Shown one piece after another: positions 38,980 through 48,118 of a stretch of DNA of 51,691 nt. Below the pieces are notes generated by a model that saw only the letters and a list, made by a program, of their open reading frames with translations, was not told where the DNA came from and searched no databases. Source of the DNA: a virus; the IMG/VR virus record IMGVR_UViG_3300033075_001734, positions 1 through 51,691 of that record; one strand, 5' to 3'. Position numbers and translations under genes: made by a program. Positions within the stretch are counted from its first letter, which is position 1. Each line of letters opens with the position of its first letter.

Positions 38980-39348
38980 ATGTGGTCAACAGTATTAACT
39001 AAATTGCAGTTTCCTTATGATGAATTTGATACTTATTTTAGTAACGTTAATTCACAAAAACTTATGAAAAGTAAATTTTCTTATTCATCAGAAGTGAAAG
39101 AAAATTCATGTCTTTTAAAGGTTGAGGTACCTGGAATTGATCCAAAAAATATTTCTGTGTCATTTTCAGGGCAGCAGGTAACAGTTACCAGTTCATTTGA
39201 TGATAAAAAAGAAACATGGAAAATTGACAAACAATATGACGTTGAAAAGTGTGTTGCATCATATTCGTTTGGTGTTTTAACTATGAAATTTCCCAAGAAA
39301 ATCCCAACGGGAACAGAAACTGGAACAATAGAAGTTTCTATTGCGTAA
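38980..39348 (+). CDS. Small heat-shock protein, Hsp20/alpha-crystallin family
   Basis: It has AAAAGGAGAAT RBS before the ATG at 38980. The alpha-crystallin domain pattern is present (LKVEVPGIDPKNISVSFSGQQVTVTS...KQYDVEKCVASYSFGVLTMKFPK). Confidence 0.65.
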   Translation: MWSTVLTKLQFPYDEFDTYFSNVNSQKLMKSKFSYSSEVKENSCLLKVEVPGIDPKNISVSFSGQQVTVTSSFDDKKETWKIDKQYDVEKCVASYSFGVLTMKFPKKIPTGTETGTIEVSIA

Positions 39349-39363
39349 TTTAAATTGTGTATG

Positions 39364-39408
39364 TCAAGGGTTCCATTGGTTAGATTTAACAATCAATGGA
39401 ACCCTTGA
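39364..39408 (+). promoter_or_regulatory. 15-bp perfect hairpin (TCAAGGGTTCCATTG-n15-CAATGGAACCCTTGA) enclosing the start codon of the HExxH peptidase gene
   Basis: Seen directly; ATG 39396-39398 inside 3' arm; 16 nt after Hsp20 stop. Confidence 0.45.
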
Positions 39409-40007
39409 TTATTAACCCTACGTCATATAACAAATATGATGCAATAAATTTTACAAGGACATATATTAGTGAATTTTTAGCAACGAATTATATTCGTGAA
39501 CCATCAAAAGTTATTTACGATAACGTTGACAACAAACCTGGTCTTTGGCGTCAATATGGATGGTATGAGTTTCAAACAAGTACTCTTTTTGTAAACGTAA
39601 AAAAATCTCGTCCGCAAACAATTACACCTGGATTTGCATGGTCATTTACGGGATTTAAGTCTGATATGACAGCACCAGGGATTTTATCACATGAAATGGG
39701 ACACCATATTCACAATTGTTTAATCGTATTACGTGATAATACAAACTTTTTGAAAGCAATTAAGAAAATTAGAAAAAATGAATATCCTGTGTCTGGATAT
39801 GAACCAAATTCATATGAAACATTTGCAGAGATGATTCGTTTGTTTATTTTAAATCCTAATCTTTTACGACTAGGTCGCCCAATTCGTTGGGCGTTTTTAA
39901 CGCAAGGTCTTGGATTTAAACCTTTACATGATGTTCATTGGCGTGAAATTCTTGTTCACGCCCACCCGAAAATTATTGCTTCTGCAGAAAAATGGATTTT
40001 GAAATGA
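39396..40007 (+). CDS. Putative zinc metallopeptidase (HExxH; SprT/ImmA-like)
   Basis: The motif is GILSHEMGHHIHN. The start codon lies inside a 15-bp perfect hairpin. Confidence 0.4.
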   Translation: MEPLIINPTSYNKYDAINFTRTYISEFLATNYIREPSKVIYDNVDNKPGLWRQYGWYEFQTSTLFVNVKKSRPQTITPGFAWSFTGFKSDMTAPGILSHEMGHHIHNCLIVLRDNTNFLKAIKKIRKNEYPVSGYEPNSYETFAEMIRLFILNPNLLRLGRPIRWAFLTQGLGFKPLHDVHWREILVHAHPKIIASAEKWILK

Positions 40008-40957
40008 ATTTTAACGTAGACGAACGAACAATTTATCTTGCACGACATGGCTCATTTGCATATGGGCTTAACATTGAAACTTCTGATGAAGATTTCAAGG
40101 GAATATGTGTTAAACCTTTGCAGTATTATTATGGATTTTTACATAGTTTTGAACAATATGAACACATGGGATCCAAATCTGACGGTATCGATAAAGTAAT
40201 TTATTCACTTGACAAATTTGTAAAGCTTGCAACAGATTGTAATCCTGGAATCATTGAAGTTTTGAATGTAGATAATTCAGATGTTATTCATATGAATGAA
40301 TTTGGCGAACAGTTAAGATCATGGAGAAATGAATTTCTTTCAAAGAAAGCTCGTTTCACATTTTCTGGATACGCAAATGCCCAACTTAAAAGAATTAAGA
40401 CACATCGTTCTTGGCTCTTGAATCCACCAAAAGCAAAACCAGATCGTTCTGACTATGGTCTTTTTGGTGTTCGTGAAATATCAAAAACAGATTTGGGTGC
40501 TTTTCAAGAACTTGAAAATCAACAAGCAATTGAATTACAAAATCTGCCAACAAACGTTGTTGAACTTCTCACAAAAGAAAAAGCATATTCATCTGCCAAA
40601 TTATATTGGGATCAATATCAAAATTGGGTAAAAACACGAAACAAAGAACGTGCAATCATGGAAGAAAAATTTGGATTTGATACGAAACATGGAATGCATT
40701 TAATTCGCTTGATGCGAATGTGCAAAGAAATTCTTGAAGGAAAAGGTGTCATTGTAAAACGCCATGATCGTGAAGAACTTCTTGATATACGTCGAGGAAA
40801 ATGGCCTTATGAACAGCTTGTTGAACAAGCTGAAAAACTTGACATTGAATGTGGTGTGTTATATGAAACAAGCAAACTTCCCAAAGAACCCAATCGAAAC
40901 AAATTAAATGATTTGCTTGTTGATATGACTGAACGATATTTGAAATTACACGGGTGA
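39992..40957 (+). CDS. Pol-beta-superfamily nucleotidyltransferase-fold protein (321 aa)
   Basis: The N-terminal NTase signature is hGS-x9-13-DxD (RHGSFAYGLNIETSDEDFKG), with a third acidic residue downstream (SLDKF). Confidence 0.4.
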   Translation: MDFEMNFNVDERTIYLARHGSFAYGLNIETSDEDFKGICVKPLQYYYGFLHSFEQYEHMGSKSDGIDKVIYSLDKFVKLATDCNPGIIEVLNVDNSDVIHMNEFGEQLRSWRNEFLSKKARFTFSGYANAQLKRIKTHRSWLLNPPKAKPDRSDYGLFGVREISKTDLGAFQELENQQAIELQNLPTNVVELLTKEKAYSSAKLYWDQYQNWVKTRNKERAIMEEKFGFDTKHGMHLIRLMRMCKEILEGKGVIVKRHDREELLDIRRGKWPYEQLVEQAEKLDIECGVLYETSKLPKEPNRNKLNDLLVDMTERYLKLHG

Positions 40958-40963
40958 TTTAAC

Positions 40964-41284
40964 ATGACAATGCCATCAAAGAGAAAAGTTACGATTGAAA
41001 ATTTGGGTGAATTTCGTTGGCTGCCATCGAAAGGTTGTTTGTATGTTGAACCCATTAACAAACCCGGGAACATGCTGTGCATAACCGATCAATATGATTA
41101 CTATTGGACGCCAAAGTTTGTTTGTGACACAATTAAAAACGCCATTAAAAACGGATGGGATATTCAGGGAAAATCACAAGTGAATTATTATTCCATGAAT
41201 CAGTTATATTGTACGCATGAATATGTTCAGTATTATGACACAAATAGAGAAATTTGTAATATTTGTAATAGAATTCAACTTTGA
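40964..41284 (+). CDS. Hypothetical Cys-rich protein (106 aa)
   Basis: ORF; C...C..C..CNIC. Confidence 0.3.
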   Translation: MTMPSKRKVTIENLGEFRWLPSKGCLYVEPINKPGNMLCITDQYDYYWTPKFVCDTIKNAIKNGWDIQGKSQVNYYSMNQLYCTHEYVQYYDTNREICNICNRIQL

Positions 41285-41295
41285 TTTAAACCATT

Positions 41296-41514
41296 ATGTC
41301 AAATGAAAATGATATTGAATATGTTGCAAACGTGATAAATGACTTGATTGAACGAGGTATTTCATCAGATGAGCATATTGCTTCATTCGCTTCACAAGCA
41401 ACCAAACACCCATCTAAAGAACGAATGCTTGAAATTATAAGTGATTCACGATTTATTGATATTATAACAAGTAGCCTACGTCCTTTGCTTGAAAAAGCAT
41501 GGGATGATAAATAA
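41296..41514 (+). CDS. Hypothetical protein (72 aa)
   Basis: ORF only. Confidence 0.25.
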   Translation: MSNENDIEYVANVINDLIERGISSDEHIASFASQATKHPSKERMLEIISDSRFIDIITSSLRPLLEKAWDDK

Positions 41515-41526
41515 AAAAGAAGTTAA

Positions 41527-41868
41527 ATGAGAATAACGTTTATATTTTTGCTGGCGCTATTGTTTGCCTGTTCAGGTGACACACATCAATGTGATACGAA
41601 AAAAGTCATCACTAATGATAACCCAGCTCAAATAACTCCAAGTGTTCCGCCAGAAAAAGAAAACGTTCCTCATAAGGTATGTACAATTGTACGCGTTGAT
41701 TATGAATCAATGTGTGACATTTATACGTTAGATTGTGAAGGCGTCACAGAGTATGCACTTGTTTGTCATATAAAACCTGTTGGAAAAATCACAAATCCGC
41801 CACGTCCGATTCAAATAATTTTTGATTCAAAAAGAGATTTAAAAACAATACACCAAATACAATTATAG
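41527..41868 (+). CDS. Putative small lipoprotein (113 aa)
   Basis: It has a signal peptide with a lipobox (MRITFIFLLALLFACSGD). The RBS is gaagttaa. Confidence 0.4.
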   Translation: MRITFIFLLALLFACSGDTHQCDTKKVITNDNPAQITPSVPPEKENVPHKVCTIVRVDYESMCDIYTLDCEGVTEYALVCHIKPVGKITNPPRPIQIIFDSKRDLKTIHQIQL

Positions 41869-41899
41869 TATAATTCATTAGAAAGTAACGGAAAAGAAA

Positions 41900-42631
41900 A
41901 TGTCAAAATTATGTCAGATTGTTGCAGTTGAAAAGTCAGTAAAGAACAAGGCACATCAAGGTTTAACTGAAGCGTATCAAAAGGTTCAAAAAAGTGCGTT
42001 GTTAACTGGTATTTCAAGGGTTTATCGCCCAAATGATGAATCGGGGGAGCAGCTCCCAGCTGAATCAACTCGTGTTCAGCTTAATGCGCAAGATGTTTTG
42101 AAGGATGTTGCAAAAGTTTTAACAGAACTTTTTGATGTTACAGCGTGTAAAGATTACACAAACTGTTTTGCTCATGCAGATGTTTCAGTTGGTGAAGTTG
42201 TTCTTGCAAAAGATGTTCCAATTACGTATTTGCTCTTTCTTGAGAAGAAATTAACAGATGTTCATACATTTGTTTCGAAGTTGCCAACGCTTGATCCGAG
42301 TGAAGAGTGGACATTTGATTCAAATGTTGGTGCATTTGTTTCGAAACCGTCAGAGACCGTGAAGACAAAGAAAGTATTCGTACCTCTTTTGCTTGCCCCT
42401 GCAACGGATAAACATCCTGCTCAGGTTAAAGAAGGGTTTGAAGATAAGACAGTAGGTGTTTGGAAAACAGTGAAGTTTTCTGGTGCAATGCCTGCACAGA
42501 AAGTTGCTGATATGCTTGAGCGTGTTGAACGCTTGCAAAAAGCAGTAAAATTTGCACGAGAGGAATGTAACACTCGTGAAGTTGAACAAGTAAAAGTAGG
42601 AGAAAAAATCTTTACATATTTGTTCACTTAA
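41900..42631 (+). CDS. Hypothetical protein (243 aa)
   Basis: RBS aaagaaa; no recognisable motif. Confidence 0.35.
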   Translation: MSKLCQIVAVEKSVKNKAHQGLTEAYQKVQKSALLTGISRVYRPNDESGEQLPAESTRVQLNAQDVLKDVAKVLTELFDVTACKDYTNCFAHADVSVGEVVLAKDVPITYLLFLEKKLTDVHTFVSKLPTLDPSEEWTFDSNVGAFVSKPSETVKTKKVFVPLLLAPATDKHPAQVKEGFEDKTVGVWKTVKFSGAMPAQKVADMLERVERLQKAVKFAREECNTREVEQVKVGEKIFTYLFT

Positions 42632-43041
42632 AAGACTTTGTGAGGAAACTCACAGGGAGCACAAACTGAAGTTAAAATTCAAGCTGACAAAATCATAAAC
42701 AAGTATAGGTGCAAGTCCTGTTCTCACCACAAATGCGAAAGCATAAATTCTTGGTGAGATAGCCCAATTAGCAGAGGCTTAGTGATTAAGAATCTTAGAT
42801 TATTGCAACAGTTTAACTGAGTTAATTTCGAAGGAATCAGATTCAATCGACCACTATCATACTGAAATCATGTGTCAATGAAAGTTCAATTCTTTCTCGG
42901 GTCTCCAAGATATGAAAATATCTTTTTATGACTCGGTAACTTAAAGGTAAAGTAGGCACATCTAAGGACTGATGTGATAGTTTAAATGTAGTGAATCATA
43001 CCGTTAAAAAATTAACGTGACGTAAGTCATAACAAATCTGC

Positions 43042-43082
43042 GCGGCCCGAATAGGATACATTCGGGCCGCTTTTTTGTTTTT
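43042..43082 (+). terminator. Rho-independent terminator
   Basis: The GC-rich stem is GCGGCCCGAA / TTCGGGCCGC with a 9-nt loop, followed by TTTTTTGTTTTT. Confidence 0.75.
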
Positions 43083-43098
43083 GAGCTATATTTAGATT

Positions 43099-44802
43099 AT
43101 GCCTAATTCTTTAAATTTTCTTCGTGAATACCTTGAACTTATTTTGATTTGTGAAGATAAAGTAAGAGATCTTGCGAAAAAAAATCCCAGAATAAATGTT
43201 TACGTTCTCGCTGACTATGATGTTTCGCCCACAAAAAAACTCTTACCTTGGATGGTGAAACAGGCTTCTAAGGGCGCAAATGAAAATGAGATTAAGAGTA
43301 TTGCTTCTCAATTTTTTGAATATGAAGCAATGTTACCAAATAAAGACATAAATTCATATTCAACACTTGAAGATTTACAGTCTGCGTTTGATAAACTTGG
43401 ACCTTCAAAACGTTCACATTTAATTCAAATTAAGTCAGGTGCTGTTAAGATTTATGAAGACAAAAAAGATCTTGTTTTAAGAATTGACACAAAAGAAGCT
43501 GCCCAACAGTATGGAAAAGGCACCAAATGGTGCATCACAATGGAAGATGAACCACACTATGAAGAATATAAAGAAAAAAATGTTTTATTCTATTATGTTC
43601 TGAAAAAAAAAGAATATGGAAAACCTGAACTTCAAAAGGTTGCTCTTGCAGTGATTAGAAATCATAATAATTCAATACAAGAAATTCAAGCATTTGATAA
43701 TGTCGACGCGCAGATGACACCTGAAGATGCATATGTTAGTGAACAGGTTTTAGAAGCAGTTAAATCAGATGCAAAAAAACAACCTCAATCTGTGTTAGCA
43801 AAATTGAAAGCTGGAAATTTTACAGATGATGATATTAAACAAATTTGGAATTCACTGTCATCTGAACAACAGAAATATAAATTTCTAATTGCTATGGAAA
43901 ATAGAAGTCACAATTTTAATGACATATTATACACAATCCTAAAGTTGGAAACAGATCCAGATATGAAAGAAATTGTTCATGATTTAGTATATGACAAAGC
44001 TAGTGTCGAGGATGGCGAGAAAATCTGTTGGTATTCACCTCAATATGAATTGAATCGTGAAGATGATAAGCCTGCGGTGATTTATGACACAGGTACGAAA
44101 GTTTGGTATAAAAACGGATTAAAACATCGAGATAATGATAAACCCGCAGTAGAATATCATGATGGAAGAAGAGCATATTGGAAAAATGGTGTTCAATATG
44201 AATTAAAACAAGAAAATTATATAAGAACAACGTTAAAAGGTCTTAAGCGCGTATTACGTGAATATGCAAAAATTGAAAAAAACAAAGACGTATACATGAA
44301 TTCTTCTGATCCAATTGCAAAAGTAATTGAACCTGAAATTTATGACATGGTTACAAAATCTTATGCTGCCGCTGGGGGGAATGCAACAATTCATTCACCT
44401 TCTGACGTATCATCAGAATATCATAATTGGATTGTCGCTGACATTGATGATGATCCTGATATTGATGTTTTTATTGGTGCAAATGAACGCGACGGAAAAA
44501 TGAAAATTGGCGCATCTGCAACGGATGGTTCTTTGCAAGCAAAAGATTATTCAATGCAACTTAGAAAACGATTACTTTCTAACGGTTATTGGGCCGAAGT
44601 ATCAGGTGCCGTGGCACATATTGTTATGAATAAACTTGGAATTAAACCAATTGAAGATGAGAAAAAAGTTCGTTCACTTTTAAATAAAGATATCGTGTGG
44701 CATGGAAAACATCCAGAAGGTAAATTTCCTGGTACGAATGGATGGTATACTAGAAACATTGGGGGAACTGAACACATTAAAATTATTGTTGGCGACGTTT
44801 AA
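43099..44802 (+). CDS. Multicopy family protein, copy E (567 aa), divergent, with extra ~200-aa C-terminal domain
   Basis: It has MPNSLNFLREYLELILICEDKVRDLAKKNP at the N-terminus and the core SGAVKIYEDKKDLVLRIDTKEAAQQYGKGTKWCITM...VLFYYVLKKK. The repeats are NREDDKPAVIYDTGTKVWYKNGLKHRDNDKPAVEYHDGRRAYWKNG, followed by a unique C-terminal extension. Confidence 0.65.
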   Translation: MPNSLNFLREYLELILICEDKVRDLAKKNPRINVYVLADYDVSPTKKLLPWMVKQASKGANENEIKSIASQFFEYEAMLPNKDINSYSTLEDLQSAFDKLGPSKRSHLIQIKSGAVKIYEDKKDLVLRIDTKEAAQQYGKGTKWCITMEDEPHYEEYKEKNVLFYYVLKKKEYGKPELQKVALAVIRNHNNSIQEIQAFDNVDAQMTPEDAYVSEQVLEAVKSDAKKQPQSVLAKLKAGNFTDDDIKQIWNSLSSEQQKYKFLIAMENRSHNFNDILYTILKLETDPDMKEIVHDLVYDKASVEDGEKICWYSPQYELNREDDKPAVIYDTGTKVWYKNGLKHRDNDKPAVEYHDGRRAYWKNGVQYELKQENYIRTTLKGLKRVLREYAKIEKNKDVYMNSSDPIAKVIEPEIYDMVTKSYAAAGGNATIHSPSDVSSEYHNWIVADIDDDPDIDVFIGANERDGKMKIGASATDGSLQAKDYSMQLRKRLLSNGYWAEVSGAVAHIVMNKLGIKPIEDEKKVRSLLNKDIVWHGKHPEGKFPGTNGWYTRNIGGTEHIKIIVGDV

Positions 44803-44844
44803 AATAGTTACCTATTTAAATTACTAATCTAAGAAAGATCAAAA

Positions 44845-46029
44845 ATGAACAAATTTTTAAATGTATTATTCAGAATTTTTTTTGCAACTATGTTAGCATT
44901 GATTTTTGCAATAAGTTTTTCAACTTCTGGTTGTACTACACAACCCAATGACAAGCAGTTAGATGCGCAGGTTGATGTCAATGTAACAAAACTTTCTGCA
45001 ACGGCTTCATCCCCAACAAAACCCGCCGCACCAGTTTCATTTCAAAAAGAAGTTGTATTAACAACAAATAGCGGCACAACAAACTGGGTTTTTGTCCCGT
45101 CAACGTATGATTCTACGCATGAAACACCAATGAAACTTTTTGTTTGGTTGCATGGATGTGGTGGTCGCGCGCAATATGACGTATATAATGTTTCACCAGG
45201 AGGAAGTCAAAATTGGATTTCACTTGCTGTCGGCGGGCGCGAAGGCTCTTGTTGGTCAAACGCCGCAACTGACGGAAAGAAAATCTTAACTGCAATTGCA
45301 GATCTTAGAACGCATTTCAATATCGATCCTCAACAAATTTATCTTGGTGGATATTCATCTGGTGGCGATATTGGTTATGTTTTGGCATTTCAAAATTCAA
45401 ATCTTTTTGCAGGATTATTATTTGAAAATACCGGGCCAAGTGCAGAAGCATTAACGTTGGCAAAAAGCGTAACCAAGAAAATGCCAATTGCACATTTGTC
45501 ACACGTAAGTGACACAACGTATCCAATTGCAACAATTCGTTCTAAAATGGCAACACTGAAATCGTTAGGATTTTCGGTGACATTATTAGAACGTCCAGGT
45601 ACACATTGGGATAATGATACCGCAACGTCGGGAACTGTTTATGATTTACGTAAATTGATTCTTCCTTATTTGAGTAATGGATTCGCTGCCGCCCCAATAC
45701 CTACACCATCCATTGTTTTAAATGTGTCAGTTGTTAAAACATATGAATGGGGTTCTGGTTATTGTCAACAATATTACTTTGAAAATAAAAATAGCGTTCC
45801 CGTTACATGGAAGCAATTTAAAGTTGATTTAAAAGATGGAAGACTTCGCGGAACAGGTTCAACATGGAATGGCGTTTTTGCAGATCAAAAAGCGTCTGGT
45901 GTTATAACTGTTCTCCCTGTTGATTGGGTTAAAACTGTATCTGCTTCAACGAAAATTGCAGGTCCTGGTTTTTGCGTTGATTATGGTGTTTCAAAACAAG
46001 TTAGTGCAGTAGTTGAATTGACATATTAA
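44845..46029 (+). CDS. Secreted lipoprotein: alpha/beta-hydrolase esterase (PHB-depolymerase/LpqC-like) with C-terminal beta-rich putative carbohydrate-binding domain
   Basis: It has a signal peptide with a lipobox (FSTSGC), then VWLHGCGG and GGYSSGGDIGY (the GxSxG nucleophile elbow). The C-terminal ~100 aa are W/G/N-rich (YEWGSGYCQQYYF...TWNGVF) and CBM2-like. Confidence 0.5.
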   Translation: MNKFLNVLFRIFFATMLALIFAISFSTSGCTTQPNDKQLDAQVDVNVTKLSATASSPTKPAAPVSFQKEVVLTTNSGTTNWVFVPSTYDSTHETPMKLFVWLHGCGGRAQYDVYNVSPGGSQNWISLAVGGREGSCWSNAATDGKKILTAIADLRTHFNIDPQQIYLGGYSSGGDIGYVLAFQNSNLFAGLLFENTGPSAEALTLAKSVTKKMPIAHLSHVSDTTYPIATIRSKMATLKSLGFSVTLLERPGTHWDNDTATSGTVYDLRKLILPYLSNGFAAAPIPTPSIVLNVSVVKTYEWGSGYCQQYYFENKNSVPVTWKQFKVDLKDGRLRGTGSTWNGVFADQKASGVITVLPVDWVKTVSASTKIAGPGFCVDYGVSKQVSAVVELTY

Positions 46030-46052
46030 ATTCACAGCGCTAATTTACAGTG

Positions 46053-46086
46053 AAAGGATAACATGTAATGTGTTATCCTTTTTTAT
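46053..46086 (+). terminator. Rho-independent terminator after esterase gene
   Basis: The stem is AAAGGATAACA-tgtaatg-TGTTATCCTTT, followed by TTTTAT. The pnk ATG follows immediately. Confidence 0.55.
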
Positions 46087-47007
46087 ATGAAAAAACTTGT
46101 CATTTGTCAGGGTCTCCCGGCCAGTGGAAAATCCACTTATGCAAAAGAGTTGGTAACCAAAGAAAAATTCAAACGAATTAACCGTGATGAACTTCGGGCA
46201 ATGCTTGACTGTTCTGTGTGGAGCAAAGCCAATGAAAAGATTGTATCTGATGCTCGCGATCAAATGATGAAAAATTCATTGGAAAATGGTTTCAATGTTA
46301 TTATTGATGATACGAACCTAGTTGAATCAACAGTGAAACATCTCATTGAAATTGCACGTGAAGTTGGTGACGTTGAGGTTATTGTTGAACCTTTTAATGT
46401 GTCAGTTGAAGAGTGTTTGGCACGAAATTCAAAACGTGAAGGAATTGCTCGAGTTCCCGACTCTGTTATTTTGGGAATGTCAAAATTAATTAAAGGAAAG
46501 ACTCTTCATAGAGTAGGTTATGAATTTCCTGCCCGATTCAAGATATTAGATCTTGAACAAGATGAATCTTTGAAAAAAGCAATCATTTGTGATCTTGACG
46601 GTACGCTTGCATTGATCGGTGATCGTTCGCCATATGACGCAAGTCAATGTGACGTTAAAGATAAACCCAACGCACCAGTAATTGAATGTGTAAAAGCAAT
46701 GTTCATGGAAGGATGTAAGATTATTTTTATGTCTGGACGTGACGAAAAATATCGTGAACAATCAAAAAGATTTATTGAAAAGCATCTTCAATATTTTTTT
46801 GATTCACAAAAATGTATTCCTTATGAATTGTTTATGAGATCTCAAAATGACAAACGTAAAGATTCAATTGTGAAACGTGAACTATTTGAAACGCATGTTG
46901 CCGGGAAATATAACGTCCAGTTTGTATTAGACGACAGGAATTGCGTAGTTGCGACTTGGCGACAAATGGGATTGACTTGTTTTCAAGTTGCAGAAGGCGC
47001 GTTTTAA
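46087..47007 (+). CDS. pnk: Polynucleotide 5'-kinase/3'-phosphatase (T4 Pnk/PseT-like)
   Basis: The N-terminal P-loop kinase motif is VICQGLPASGKSTYAKE. The C-terminal HAD phosphatase motif is IICDLDGTLAL (DxDGT), plus a later MSGRDEKYRE. The 306-aa architecture matches T4 Pnk. Confidence 0.7.
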   Translation: MKKLVICQGLPASGKSTYAKELVTKEKFKRINRDELRAMLDCSVWSKANEKIVSDARDQMMKNSLENGFNVIIDDTNLVESTVKHLIEIAREVGDVEVIVEPFNVSVEECLARNSKREGIARVPDSVILGMSKLIKGKTLHRVGYEFPARFKILDLEQDESLKKAIICDLDGTLALIGDRSPYDASQCDVKDKPNAPVIECVKAMFMEGCKIIFMSGRDEKYREQSKRFIEKHLQYFFDSQKCIPYELFMRSQNDKRKDSIVKRELFETHVAGKYNVQFVLDDRNCVVATWRQMGLTCFQVAEGAF

Positions 47008-47444
47008 TTTGAAACTTATGCACAATATGAAAAAACCTTTTCCTGGTGACTTGTGGGGAAGAAGGTTTCAAACTCAATATGAGTATGTTTTTATTGTTCA
47101 AAGTATTGAATACTCACCTTTTGCGTTTGATATTATTTGCATATGGGATTCTAAAATAAGAAATTTAAACATTCGTATACCATCAGGTCTTTGGTTTTAT
47201 TGTGAATAAACGACATCATTATCCGATGATTTATGATTGACGCATATCGAAGTTTACCAGCCAAAGTTAAGTACAAGAAAATAAAGCGTTCTATGTTTAA
47301 AACAATTTATTGGAAAACGTTGATTAAATCAAAGGGAACATTTAGAGAAAGATTTTTTAGATGTCGTTTTTGTTTTAAAGTATTTTTACGAAAAAGTACA
47401 AGTTGGATTGCTCACTATTTTAAACACAGATATAAGGTTTGTAA

Positions 47445-47909
47445 ATGAATAAATTTTCTACTAAAAAGTTAAAAATGATGATATCAACTTGGTTGTCAAA
47501 TTCAACATTTAAAGAAGATTTGAATTATTTTTTTGATTTTGATAATGAAGAAGAATTTCAATATCAAAAAAAATTAAACTATGATGTCCCAGAAAGTATA
47601 AAAACAAAAGATCAATTTGATGAATATTCTTGGAAACTTATTACGAATGGATTAAACTGGAGACGTGATAGAAAACACAAACTCGGAGATGAACAATTCT
47701 TATTTTTTGGAAATAGATTTGCTGTTGGTATGGCAGGTGAATGTAATGATCTTCTTGTAGAGAAGTACTGTACTGATATTAAACAACTTAGTATATGTAT
47801 ATTGCGGGAATTTATTCCCAACAATGAATTTGCGCTTACTTTTCGTTTACATGTTGTAACAACACCTGAAGATGATGAAATCATCGGATGGTCATTATTT
47901 GCCGAATGA
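47445..47909 (+). CDS. Hypothetical protein (154 aa)
   Basis: ORF only; the 440-bp stretch upstream contains just two weak, very basic small ORFs. Confidence 0.35.
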   Translation: MNKFSTKKLKMMISTWLSNSTFKEDLNYFFDFDNEEEFQYQKKLNYDVPESIKTKDQFDEYSWKLITNGLNWRRDRKHKLGDEQFLFFGNRFAVGMAGECNDLLVEKYCTDIKQLSICILREFIPNNEFALTFRLHVVTTPEDDEIIGWSLFAE

Positions 47910-48118
47910 ACATACCAAAACCTGGCGAATTGTGGCAACTTAATTGTGCAAAATTAAGTGAAAATGATTTTGATTTATTTTTAGTAATATCAGTAAATAC
48001 AGAAAATTATGTTGCTGACCAGGATTGTAACTGTCTTGATTTGTTGATAATTTCAAATCTTGGAATTAGAAAATTACTTATTTATCCTCCACACGATGTT
48101 AGATATAAGCGTTTATGA
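47906..48118 (+). CDS. Small hypothetical protein, 'IP-PGELW' family member 1 (~70 aa)
   Basis: It has ATGA overlap with the upstream stop. The N-terminus MNIPKPGELWQLN is paralogous to the next small ORF. Confidence 0.3.
   Translation: MNIPKPGELWQLNCAKLSENDFDLFLVISVNTENYVADQDCNCLDLLIISNLGIRKLLIYPPHDVRYKRL

Noticed and set aside
27796-42715. Shared 11-mer GGTGCAAGTCC and nearby ATTCTTGGTG in two intergenic regions (about 27796 and 42700/42741)
   Set aside because: Some 11-mer matches are expected by chance in 51 kb. There is no extended alignment around them, so this is not enough to call a repeated regulatory element.
42632-43041. Possible tRNA gene in the 467-bp ORF-free region
   Set aside because: I looked for GTTCGAATC-like T-loops, D-loop signatures and a 7-bp acceptor pairing and found no convincing cloverleaf. 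It is left as an unspecified ncRNA candidate. tRNAscan-SE should decide.
47233-47448. 71-aa very basic ORF (K/R-rich) and neighbouring 73-aa ORF in the 440-bp gap after pnk
   Set aside because: Their composition looks like AT-rich non-coding sequence translated by chance. There is no RBS or motif, so they were not called as genes.
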